The position numbers and the translations under genes are program-made. A stretch of DNA of 64,000 nucleotides from Bacteroidia bacterium (GTDB lineage: Bacteria > Bacteroidota > Bacteroidia > Flavobacteriales_D > Cryomorphaceae): positions 151,722 through 215,721 of the forward strand of contig JAUICL010000004.1 in NCBI GenBank assembly GCA_030427905.1. The letters are read 5' to 3'. This document shows, piece by piece, positions 8,967 to 18,700 of this stretch. Positions within the stretch are counted from its first letter, which is position 1, and each line of letters starts with the position of its first letter. The notes beneath the pieces were generated by a model. The model had not been told where the DNA came from. It searched no databases and saw only the letters and a program-made list of their open reading frames with translations.

Positions 8967-9377
8967 TTAGGTACATGTAGAACAAATGCCTTCAATCAGA
9001 TAATTAGCAAAGTTTGCTCTAAATCCATTTGGTAAATTCGGAGTTGCGATAGGGGTATCCTTTAGGCAATAGGTTTTCTCGCATTTAGTACACAAGAAAT
9101 GAATGTGGTTATCTTCCAAACTGCAAATACAGTCATCATCACAAAGCGCATATTTGATTGCTCCACTACCGTCATTGATTCTGTGTACCAAGTAGTTTTC
9201 TTGAAATGTTTTGAGCGTTCGGAATATGGTTGACTTATCAGCATTTTCGAAAAGCACTTCTAGTTCATTCAAACTTAATGCGCGATTTTGCTCCATTAAG
9301 TATTGTAAAACCAAAAGGCGCATGGCTGTTGGTTTAATAGATTTTTTTCTAAGTTTTTCTTCTTGTAAGGTGCTCAT
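8967..9377 (-). CDS. Fur-family metal-responsive transcriptional repressor (paralog 1)
   Basis: KPTAMRLLVL...FRTLKTF winged helix plus C-terminal Cys clusters (CxxC). I use the ATG at 9377; the ORF track starts at a TTG at 9386. Confidence 0.8.
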   Translation of the reverse strand: MSTLQEEKLRKKSIKPTAMRLLVLQYLMEQNRALSLNELEVLFENADKSTIFRTLKTFQENYLVHRINDGSGAIKYALCDDDCICSLEDNHIHFLCTKCEKTYCLKDTPIATPNLPNGFRANFANYLIEGICSTCT

Positions 9378-9430
9378 AAAAACCAAAGATTCGTTTTACC
9401 ATATTCGGGAATGTCGTTTGCGTTGAAATG
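9374..9430 (-). pseudogene. relic of the last 18 codons of a pAgo gene (HFNANDIPEYGKTNLWFL-stop)
   Basis: 52/53 nt identical to 32418-32470, the 3' end of the intact pAgo gene. An in-frame TAG lies immediately upstream. The relic TGA overlaps the Fur ATG as ATGA. Confidence 0.75.
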
Positions 9431-9506
9431 CCCCTACTGAAACGACATGGGCGTAGAAAGGGTTTAATACCCCAAGCATTACACTTGAGGCATTAATTGA
9501 ACCTAG

Positions 9507-10025
9507 TTACAATTCTTCTTTTACACTTCCACAATGCAACATTTTATCACCAAAATAGGGATTGTTCACTTCTTTTTCGGCACTGAGCCAATAGGCACCT
9601 TCGTTGTTGAATGCCATCGGACAATACTGCTTATATAGCTTTTGATCATTTACATTAGTTTCTTTTACCCATTTGTAAACATTTTCTGACAAGCTGTTGA
9701 AATGATCTCGCTGAGTCTTGACATCTTTTGTTTCAGCGATCAGTTTGGCGTTAAGCAGGATAATTTTCATCAAATCAGTTCGTTCGCTGCCGATTCCGTT
9801 CATGAGTTTTTTTGCGGCTTTGCTCGCTGCTTCACTATCGGTTTGCACGAGGGCATCCTTTATTTCAAGGTAGTGGTCTAATATTTCAGAAGCTTTCGCA
9901 TCAGTACTAGATAATCTTTCAGTTTTGTTTTTTGTATCACTAGTCCCTGAGCTCTCACAGGAAGATAGGAATATTAAACATCCAAGTGCGATGGTTGGGA
10001 TAAATAGAGTTTTGAGTATTCTCAT
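9507..10025 (-). CDS. DUF3347-like lipoprotein
   Basis: Lipobox-like LSSC. Its C-terminus (YKQYCPMAFNNEGAYWLSAEKEVNNPYFGDKMLHCG) parallels the C-terminus of the adaptor 10685..12466. Confidence 0.65.
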   Translation of the reverse strand: MRILKTLFIPTIALGCLIFLSSCESSGTSDTKNKTERLSSTDAKASEILDHYLEIKDALVQTDSEAASKAAKKLMNGIGSERTDLMKIILLNAKLIAETKDVKTQRDHFNSLSENVYKWVKETNVNDQKLYKQYCPMAFNNEGAYWLSAEKEVNNPYFGDKMLHCGSVKEEL

Positions 10026-10097
10026 TTTGTTGAATTTTAGAATTTTGATTAAGAAAAATTTGATGTGTTTGTATTTCGGTACTTGCTTGATTTTAAG

Positions 10098-10661
10098 TTA
10101 ATTATTTAGGTTTCGAGTTTCTTCTTCAAGTGAACCTTTGAATTGCGGCAGGGGTCGTTTCATTTTTTCTTCTTCAGATAGAACCACACCGTTTTCTTTG
10201 ATATCGTTGATTAGCCACTCCATTTCCATGATTTCTCTTCGTTGAGCTTTGACAATTTCATCGGCCAGCTCCCTTACTCTTATATCCTTAATTTGGGCTC
10301 GCTCGCTCGTAAGTATAGCGATAGAATGATGAGGAATCATCCCTTCCATATAGTCCACACCAGTAACTGTAACTTGGCTTCTCACCAGACCTATACCCCC
10401 AGCAATGAATACGATTCCTAGAAGAATTATGGCAATATTGACGTTGCGTTTTTTATACATATTTAGCATAAACAGCAGCATTATTAGAATCATGGAGCCA
10501 CCCATAATAACGGTCATGAACAAGCGTGTTTCACTAAACCAGAAATGATCAAGAACCTGGTATGAGTGGGTATACATTAAAAAAAACATTGCCACCATAG
10601 ATGTGGTGATCATTGCAAAAAATTTTAGGTAACTACTGTTGTGATTCTCTTGGTTTTCCAT
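10098..10661 (-). CDS. DUF305-like membrane protein
   Basis: TM segments are followed by the motif GMIPHHSIAILTSERA (MxxHHxxAI). Confidence 0.55.
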   Translation of the reverse strand: MENQENHNSSYLKFFAMITTSMVAMFFLMYTHSYQVLDHFWFSETRLFMTVIMGGSMILIMLLFMLNMYKKRNVNIAIILLGIVFIAGGIGLVRSQVTVTGVDYMEGMIPHHSIAILTSERAQIKDIRVRELADEIVKAQRREIMEMEWLINDIKENGVVLSEEEKMKRPLPQFKGSLEEETRNLNN

Positions 10662-10684
10662 TGCTATTGATTTTTAGTGAATAA

Positions 10685-12466
10685 TTATTTGATTTCTTTC
10701 GTTACTTCTCCGCAGGTAAGCATTGACTCTCCGAAGTACGGGTTGCGAATTTCTTTCTCTTTGCTTAGCCAATCTGCCCCTTTATTAGAATCTGCCATTG
10801 GACAATGCTGTATATAAATTGGAGATCTATTGGGTTCAAAAGACTCTGCAATTTCTATCATCCCGTTTGAAATATGGATAAAGCTTTCTCGCAGGGAGGC
10901 TATGTTTTCTTGGTGTTCAATGTGTTGTAAAGAATTTTTCAGGGAAGATGATAACTCCATCCAAACAGCATGAGCATCGCCTTTGAAAAGGTTCATATCC
11001 ACATTAGCAAGTGCAGACTTCAGTGCCAAACTTGATTGCCTTGCTTTTTTGAAATCGTCAGAAGCAAGGGCGGTTTTAAAGCTAAAATAAGACTCGAAAA
11101 GAGGCTCTATGGATTTCTTTGCAGAGGGGGATAAGGAAGTCTTCTTAATGGCAGAGGGCTTATTCTCCCTTGGAGAATTTTTTGTGCCACCATGATTATG
11201 CCCCGTCATAGCCACCCCGCCTTGAGGGTTCATCATGCTAGGTTTTCCAGCCAATTGAGCTGCTGCATCAATGCTAAAGGTACCGTGAACTGCAATCTCT
11301 TCCCCAGCTTCTAAACCTGACTCAATTACGTAACTATCTCCTAATTCTGGTCCCAACGTAACCACACGCATCATAAAACTAACACCTTGTGAGCTCTTTT
11401 GCATGACGTAAACAACAGAACGAGTGCCTGTCCACATAACGGCTGATTTAGGTACCGTTATTGATTGCTTTTTAGTTGAACTACTTGCTTCCACAATTCC
11501 ACTGGCAAACATTTCGGGCTTTAGCAATAAGTCGGCATTGCTTCGTTCTACTCTTGCTTTGGCCACTCTTGTTTTGGGATCTATTACAGGGTCGATGTAG
11601 CTGATTGTACCATTGAATGCTTTACCTGGTATTGATTGGATGGTGTATTTGACTTCATCTCCTTGGTTTATTAAACCCATGTCCGTCTCATAAATATCAA
11701 ACAATACCCAGACCTTTGTCAAGTCCGCTATTTGATAAATTGGTTCACCTTGTCTTACGTAATCTCCAAGGTTGACCATTTTTTCAGTAACATAACCTGA
11801 TACATCCGCAAGAATAGGAAATGACTCAATAGCCTGACCTGAAGTCAGCACCTGATCTATTTGCTTTTCAGTGAGCTTCCACTTCTTTAATTTTTCCTTG
11901 GCTGCATTGAATAGAGCAGGCTGTGTCGTGGCAATTTTTTGCGCTTCGAGAAGTTCTTCCTGAGCTGTCACTAATTCGGGCGAATAAAGCCTTGCAATGG
12001 TCTGACCTTTTGAAACAACATCTCCTGTAAACGTTACCGCTAGTTCTTCAATACGACCTGATACATGGGAAGATTGCGTATGCAGTAATCGTTCATCTGC
12101 CTGCACTTTGCCATTCAGTTGAATGGATTTTGTGACATTTCCCTTACCCACCGTGAGCGTTTGAATCTGTGCCAACTGCATAGCGGTAGCAGACATACTT
12201 ACTGCCATGGGGTCTAATTCTTCGTTTTGGTCTGACTTCAGCGGAATTAAGTCCATTCCACAGATCGGGCAATCACCTGGCTCGCCCTGTCTGATTTGCG
12301 GATGCATAGAACAAGTCCAGATGGTCTCTTTATCCGCATTGGTTATATGCTGATGCTCGGTTAGAGAAGTGCTATTTGATCCACCAAAAAGTAGCCATCC
12401 AATAAGTACACCGATGATCAGTGTACTTAATGCTGTGATTAGGGTAGTTTTATTCAACGTTTTCAT
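10685..12466 (-). CDS. efflux RND periplasmic adaptor (CusB-like) with an N-terminal heavy-metal-binding domain and a C-terminal DUF3347-like extension
   Basis: WTCSMHPQIRQGEPGDCPICGMDL motif, a barrel-sandwich hybrid core, and a C-terminal CPMADSNKGADWLSKEKEIRNPYFG. Confidence 0.8.
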   Translation of the reverse strand: MKTLNKTTLITALSTLIIGVLIGWLLFGGSNSTSLTEHQHITNADKETIWTCSMHPQIRQGEPGDCPICGMDLIPLKSDQNEELDPMAVSMSATAMQLAQIQTLTVGKGNVTKSIQLNGKVQADERLLHTQSSHVSGRIEELAVTFTGDVVSKGQTIARLYSPELVTAQEELLEAQKIATTQPALFNAAKEKLKKWKLTEKQIDQVLTSGQAIESFPILADVSGYVTEKMVNLGDYVRQGEPIYQIADLTKVWVLFDIYETDMGLINQGDEVKYTIQSIPGKAFNGTISYIDPVIDPKTRVAKARVERSNADLLLKPEMFASGIVEASSSTKKQSITVPKSAVMWTGTRSVVYVMQKSSQGVSFMMRVVTLGPELGDSYVIESGLEAGEEIAVHGTFSIDAAAQLAGKPSMMNPQGGVAMTGHNHGGTKNSPRENKPSAIKKTSLSPSAKKSIEPLFESYFSFKTALASDDFKKARQSSLALKSALANVDMNLFKGDAHAVWMELSSSLKNSLQHIEHQENIASLRESFIHISNGMIEIAESFEPNRSPIYIQHCPMADSNKGADWLSKEKEIRNPYFGESMLTCGEVTKEIK

Positions 12467-14490
12467 TGTAAGTCTTTTTTAAATTTTAATCTCAACAACT
12501 GTGCATTGGCGGCACAGATTATGGTGCTTAAGCTCATGAGAGCGGCACCTAATGCGGGATTGATCATAATGCCTTGATAGAATAGAACTCCCGCTGCAAG
12601 TGGAATAGCCACCACGTTGTAGCCAGTGGCCCAAATGAGATTTTGAACCATTTTCTTATAAGTTGCTCTTCCGAACAGAATCAAAGTAGCTATGTCGGAT
12701 GGGCTGCTTTCGGTGAGAATGATGTCAGCTGTTTCTGCGGCTACATCTGTACCTGATCCTACTGCAATACCTATATCTGCTGTGGCCAAGGCAGGAGCAT
12801 CGTTAACACCATCGCCAGTCATTGCAACGAACTCACCTTGCGTTTGAAGCTTCTCAATCAGTTCAGACTTTTCATGTGGCAGTACCTGACTGTAATACCC
12901 GTCAAGGTTTAATTCGTCTGATACTGCTTTGGCGGTTTGTTCATTATCGCCAGTAGCCATTAATACTTTTATGCCTTTTTCTTTAAGCGTTTCAATAGCG
13001 GATTTACTTTCTTTTCTGATTTGATCAGCCAATGCGATGAAACCTATCAAGTTGCCTTCTTTGAGAATGAACACCACAGTTTCAGGCTTGTCTGAGTTGG
13101 CTTCATTCGGAAGGTCTATACCTTCTTCTTTCAGGTATCCAGGACTTACTATTTGAAAAGTGATTCCTTCAATTTTTGCACTTACGCCTTTTCCCTTCGT
13201 GGAACCGAAATCGGAAATTGAAGGTAGTTTGAGGTCACGGCTTTTAGCTTCCTTTACAATACCCTTGGCGATGGGATGCTCGGAACTTTGCTCGATAGCA
13301 GCCGCTTTTGAAAGCAAATCTTCTTCTGATTTATCGGCTAGTGAAACTACTCGGTTTACTCCGAAACTTCCTTCCGTCAGTGTTCCTGTTTTATCAAATA
13401 CGATAGCCGTTATTTTGCGGCTGTTTTCAAAAGCTGTTCGGTTTCTGATCAACAATCCATTCTTGGCCGATAGCGCAGTAGAAATAGCTACCACCAAGGG
13501 AACAGCCAATCCCAAAGCATGGGGACAAGTAATGATCATCACAGTTACCATACGCTCAAGTGCAAAGTCCATTCCCTGTGAACTGAAGAAAGCCCACGCA
13601 ATGAATGTAATTACTCCAACACCGATGGCGATATAGGCTAACCATCCTGCAGCTTTATCGGCCAAATTCTGTGTTTTTGATTTGGTCTGCTGAGCTTCTT
13701 CTACAAGTTTTATAACCTTGTTCAGGTAGCTATCTTCACCAGATGATTTAACTTCAACTTTTAGGCTTCCATCTCCATTGATGGCCCCACCAATGACTTC
13801 ATCACCTTTAGATTTCTGAACGGGCTTGCTTTCTCCTGTTAAGGCACTTTCGTTTAGTTCGCTATCTCCTTCTACAATCTTACCATCAGCAGGCACTTTT
13901 TCTCCTGGCTTAATCAGGATCAGATCACCTTTTTTGATGTCACTTATTTTCATGTCATGAATATTGTCACCGTCTATTTTGTGAGCTTCTGAAGGCATCA
14001 ATTCAGCTAATTTTTCCAATGCTTTAGATGCTCCCATAATGGAACGCATCTCTAGCCAATGTCCTAAGAGCATAATGTCAATGAGCGTGACTAGCTCCCA
14101 ATAGAACACTTTACCTTCCAGCCCGAATACTACTGCCGTGCTGTAAGCCCATGCTACGGTAATGGCAATGGCAATAAGAGTCATCATACCAGGACCGCCT
14201 TCAGAAAGTTCATCCTTTAATCCTTTAAGGAATGGCCAGCCACCATAAATGAATATGAATGTTGCTAAAGCGCCTGCTACATAGCCCATGCCTGGAAAAC
14301 TGATCGAAAAGCCAAGTATGTCTTGAATCATTTCAGAAAAGGCCAAAACAGGTATGGAAAGCGCAGTATTGATATAAAAGCGCTTTTTGAAGTCTTCTAT
14401 CATATGGGCATGGTGATCATGATGACCGCCATGTGAATCATGATTATTGTGTGAGTGTTCGTGCTGTTTATGATCGTGTTGATGTTCCAT
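12463..14490 (-). CDS. copB: heavy-metal P1B-type ATPase, CopB-like (CPH motif, His-rich N-terminus)
   Basis: DKTGTLT, ITCPHALGLA, GDGVNDAP, and an N-terminal HQHDHKQHEHSHNNHDSHGGHHDHHAH stretch. Confidence 0.85.
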   Translation of the reverse strand: MEHQHDHKQHEHSHNNHDSHGGHHDHHAHMIEDFKKRFYINTALSIPVLAFSEMIQDILGFSISFPGMGYVAGALATFIFIYGGWPFLKGLKDELSEGGPGMMTLIAIAITVAWAYSTAVVFGLEGKVFYWELVTLIDIMLLGHWLEMRSIMGASKALEKLAELMPSEAHKIDGDNIHDMKISDIKKGDLILIKPGEKVPADGKIVEGDSELNESALTGESKPVQKSKGDEVIGGAINGDGSLKVEVKSSGEDSYLNKVIKLVEEAQQTKSKTQNLADKAAGWLAYIAIGVGVITFIAWAFFSSQGMDFALERMVTVMIITCPHALGLAVPLVVAISTALSAKNGLLIRNRTAFENSRKITAIVFDKTGTLTEGSFGVNRVVSLADKSEEDLLSKAAAIEQSSEHPIAKGIVKEAKSRDLKLPSISDFGSTKGKGVSAKIEGITFQIVSPGYLKEEGIDLPNEANSDKPETVVFILKEGNLIGFIALADQIRKESKSAIETLKEKGIKVLMATGDNEQTAKAVSDELNLDGYYSQVLPHEKSELIEKLQTQGEFVAMTGDGVNDAPALATADIGIAVGSGTDVAAETADIILTESSPSDIATLILFGRATYKKMVQNLIWATGYNVVAIPLAAGVLFYQGIMINPALGAALMSLSTIICAANAQLLRLKFKKDLQ

Positions 14491-14492
14491 AA

Positions 14493-15725
14493 TTATTTCG
14501 TTTTTGCCGTTATATAGTCCAACTCAGCCAAAGCGATATGATAATCCGACAGGGCAGTGGCTTTCATTCGTTGATACTTTAAAATTTGCTGTTGCATCCG
14601 CAGTACTTCTTCAAACTCTTTCCCTGAGTTGCTGTAGGCTGAGAAAAGGAGGTTGAGGGATTGCTCTGATTCCTGAATTTGCTCTTCGAATAATTCAATG
14701 AGTTTAAGCTGTTTCTGAATCTCAAACCAAATCATTTCATAGGAGCTAATAAGCCGATTAGATACTTCTTCCTTTTGAAACTCATAGGATTCTTGCATCA
14801 ATTGCGCTTCATTTTGGGCAGCTTTATATTTCCCACGAAAAATGGGAAGGCTCATGGTAACCATGGGCATCAATACATCCTTGCCATTATCAGATATGGT
14901 GGCGTCCGTTCTTTCTCCAACAATCACATAGTCAAGACCTACCCCAAACTTGGGTAGCCCTTGTTTGATAGCCGCCCGTTCCTGGGCTTGGCTTGCCTGA
15001 ACCTTCAGATCCAGTTCTTCTAATAAAGGATTTGCCAACAGCAATGAATCCTTTCTAAAATCTGGTATGATTCTTTTTATTTGAAGCGAGTCAATTATCT
15101 CAATGGATTCGTTTTCATCTCGATTTAAAAGCTTATTAAAGCGGGTTTCCAGAGGCTTTTTCTTTTGATTGAGAATAGATAGTTCAGTGGTTGCATCCTT
15201 TAGCATGATGTCTACACGCAGCGCATCTACCATCGACCCTTTATCATTTTGAAACTGAACAGTGGCTATCTCCTTGTAAGAAGATAGAATGCGTTGATTT
15301 TCTGCTTCAATCGAAATCAGCTTTTCTAGTTCATAGAGCGGATAATAGGAGGCGGCCACCTGATAATAGAGCTTGTTTCGAGCATCCAGAAATTCCTGAT
15401 ACTTCGCTTCCGCCAACAGGGAAGCGGCATCTTTTTGGGCACTTAGCGTTCCAAACCAGGGAAACATTTGGGTTAAAGAGAATCTGGCTTGTTGAGGGCC
15501 AACTCTGGTTTCAACAGGAGAGATGAAGTAACCAAAAGACAAATTTGGATCAGGTAAGGTACTCACCTGTGTGACCCTTTGTATTGCTGCTTCAAAGTTT
15601 TTGTATTTAGCCAAAAGCCCAGGGTTATTTTCTGCGGCTATTTGGAAATAGTCTTCTAGCGTTTGAGCATTTCCTGAAAAGTGAAAGCCCATGGCAATGC
15701 ATATGATTAAGATAAATTTCTTCAT
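14493..15725 (-). CDS. TolC-family outer membrane efflux protein
   Basis: Signal peptide from MKKFILIICIAMGF. Its ATG overlaps the RND pump stop as ATGA (15722-15725). It has the repeated alpha-helical/beta pattern of OMFs. Confidence 0.8.
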   Translation of the reverse strand: MKKFILIICIAMGFHFSGNAQTLEDYFQIAAENNPGLLAKYKNFEAAIQRVTQVSTLPDPNLSFGYFISPVETRVGPQQARFSLTQMFPWFGTLSAQKDAASLLAEAKYQEFLDARNKLYYQVAASYYPLYELEKLISIEAENQRILSSYKEIATVQFQNDKGSMVDALRVDIMLKDATTELSILNQKKKPLETRFNKLLNRDENESIEIIDSLQIKRIIPDFRKDSLLLANPLLEELDLKVQASQAQERAAIKQGLPKFGVGLDYVIVGERTDATISDNGKDVLMPMVTMSLPIFRGKYKAAQNEAQLMQESYEFQKEEVSNRLISSYEMIWFEIQKQLKLIELFEEQIQESEQSLNLLFSAYSNSGKEFEEVLRMQQQILKYQRMKATALSDYHIALAELDYITAKTK

Positions 15726-18700
15726 GATTGAGCTTTTTTGATTTTGCGTTCTTCTCTCCAACAGTAAAGCACTGGAACAATGAAATATGTGATAGCCGCA
15801 AATAGCATCCCGCCAAAGGCGGGTATTGCCATGGGTATCATTATATCGGACCCACGGCCTGTTGAAGTGAGGATAGGGAGCAAGGCAATAATGGTAGTGG
15901 CAGAAGTCATCACAGCAGGTTTTATTCTTCGCTGACCTGCTTCTACAGTAGCTGCTCTAATACCTTTAAGGTGGTCTGTTTTGTTTCGCTTAAAACTCTG
16001 ATCTAAATAAGTGGCCATCAAAACGCCATCATCAGTTGCGATACCAAATAGGGCTATAAAACCGACCCAAACTGCTACACTGAGATTGATGGTGTGAATT
16101 TGGAATAGGTCTCTGAAATTGGTGCCGAATATGGAAAAGTCGGCAAACCATGTTTGACCGTACAACCAAAGGATAATGAAACCACCACTAAAGGCCATGG
16201 CAATACCTGTAAACACCATTAAGGATGTGGATACAGATTTGAACTGAAAATAGAGAATTAAGAAAACGATTCCAAGAACCAACGGCACGATTATGGACAG
16301 CCGCTTTTCTGCTCTAACCTGATTTTCGTAGCTTCCTGAAAATTTGTAGCTCACTCCTGAGGGAACTGTCAATTCTCCTGAATCTATTTTTTTCTGAATA
16401 GCTTGTTGCGCATCATTTACTACAGTTACTTCAGAGAAACCATCCATTTTATCGAACAGAACATAACCAACCAAAAAGGTTTCTTCACTCTTGATGGCTT
16501 GAGGCCCCCTTACGTATTTAAAATCTATAATTTGAGATAGCGGGATTTGGGCGCCTGTAGGTGTTGCCATTAATATTTTGCCAAGAGCTGAAGGGTCATC
16601 CCTAAGTTCTCTTGGATAGCGAACTCTAACAGGAAAGCGCTCACGTCCTTCTACCGTTGAGGTAATCTTCATACCACCAATAGCGGTTTCGATGGTCTGT
16701 TGAACATCTTCGATGTTTAGCCCATACCGTGAAATTTCATCGCGATTGATATTTAGATGTAGGTAAGGTTTACCCACTATCCTGTCGGCAAAGACCGCTT
16801 CTCGTTTTACCGATGGAACTTCTTTGAGGATGCTTTCAAGCTGCAAGCCAAAGTCTTCTATCGTTCTCAGTTCTGGGCCATAAACTTTTATTCCCATAGG
16901 AGCACGCATACCCGTTTGAAGCATTACCAACCGCGTTTCTATAGGCTGAAGCTTAGGGGCTGAAGTAACCCCTGGAATCTTGGTGACTTTTATAATTTCA
17001 TTCCAAATATCATCTGGTGATTGTATGTATTCACGCCAATTACGGTAGTATTTACCATTATCATCTGCAATTAAATCGCTCGCATCAATTCCCTGTTCTA
17101 GACCTTCTTGGTTACTCAGGGTATCACCCGAAACGGTGATGAAGTGATTGTTATCACCTACTTTAAACCTTTGTCTATGCCCCTTTTTGTTGAGAATGTA
17201 TTCGGACTTGTAATTGATGACGTTTTCATACATCGAAATGGGTGCAGGGTCAAGAGCAGATTCTACCCGTCCTAATTTACCTACCGTCAATTCCACTTCA
17301 GGTATATTGGTTAGCAACATATCCAATTGCCCGACCACTCTTCGATTGTACTCCATACCTGAGTGTGGCATGGAGGTGGGCATGAGTAGGAAACTGCCTT
17401 CATCTAGTGAAGGCATGAACTCCTTACCAATTCCTGGAAAGGTATGCGCCAATTCAGACCAAGCTTTAGTCTTATTTATGTTCCAGCCTACGGATTCAAA
17501 TCCTTTGGAGACAAAGCCGAAAACGGTATTGAAACCAAGCCAAATGTTGGCAGCCAACAGAATAAGCAAAGAAGGAATGACAAGAAACTTTGTTTTATTA
17601 TTGAGGCACCAATGCAGAATTCTTTTGTATTCATATTCTAATAGAGTGAAGCTGCCCAAGATTACAGCTACTAAAATGGCTACAAATGCGAAGTTGATGG
17701 GGAGAGACTTTGATGCCCCCAGTGGTAACCAGTATTTTGCCAAGAGCCAGGTAACGCCTATTAATACGATGATTAACTCTGCGTACTGGTATAAAAAGAA
17801 AACGGGTTTCGGAAAGTTCTTGCTGTTGGCATTTAAGAATTGTTTGAGAATGCCTATTACACCAAAGAGAAATAGCATCACTCCACCCCAAACCTGACCA
17901 AAAGCAAGTGCGACTACCCCAATGATGACAAGTGAGTAGCTACCGTACTTTTTGAGCAGATTGTTCTTGATTTTGAACCCGAAAAACCAATGTGCCAGGG
18001 TAGGCATAATTAACAGACTCACGAGCAGTGCAGCAATCAGGGCAAAGGTTTTGGTAAAGGCCAAAGGCCCAAATAGCTTTCCTTCGGCTGCTTGCATGGT
18101 GAATACAGGAATGAAGCTCACAATGGTGGTAGAAACTGCTGTTAAAATAGCGGTAGCCACTTCTGACGCTCCGTTGTAAATAGTGTTAATCAGTTTCTGC
18201 CCAGGTGGGGCTTCATCAATGTGTTTGATGATATTCTCTGAGAGAATCACGCCTAAATCGACCATCGTTCCAATGGCAATGGCAATACCCGATAGCGCAA
18301 CGATGTTGGCATCCACTTCAAAGTATCGCATGGCGATAAACACCATGAGCACAGCAATAGGTAGTATGCTTGAAATGAGAAAAGAAGCTCTAAGATTATA
18401 CACCATTACAATCACTACTAAAATGGTAATGAGTACTTGCAGTGAAATGGCTTCTTCGAGCGTGCCTAAGGTTTCGTAAATCAATTCCGAACGATCGTAG
18501 AAGGGCACAATGGTTAATTGAGATTCTCTGCCATCTGCTAAAATTTTCTGCGGAAGCCCAGGTGCTATTTCTTTTATCTTCTCTTTTACATTGTTGATGA
18601 CCTGCAAAGGGTTGGCGCCATAGCGTGCCACAACTACTCCACCCACTACTTCTGCGCCATCTTTATCTAGCAAGCCCCTGCGGGTAGCAGGGCCGAGCGA

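Noticed and set aside
17214-17897. Long antisense ORFs inside large genes: 17214-17897, 28125-28814, 13160-13636, 23379-23840, 42714-43541, 51768-52259 and 53919-54413.
   Set aside because: Each lies fully inside a well-supported gene on the opposite strand and has a biased, motif-less translation. These are shadow ORFs.
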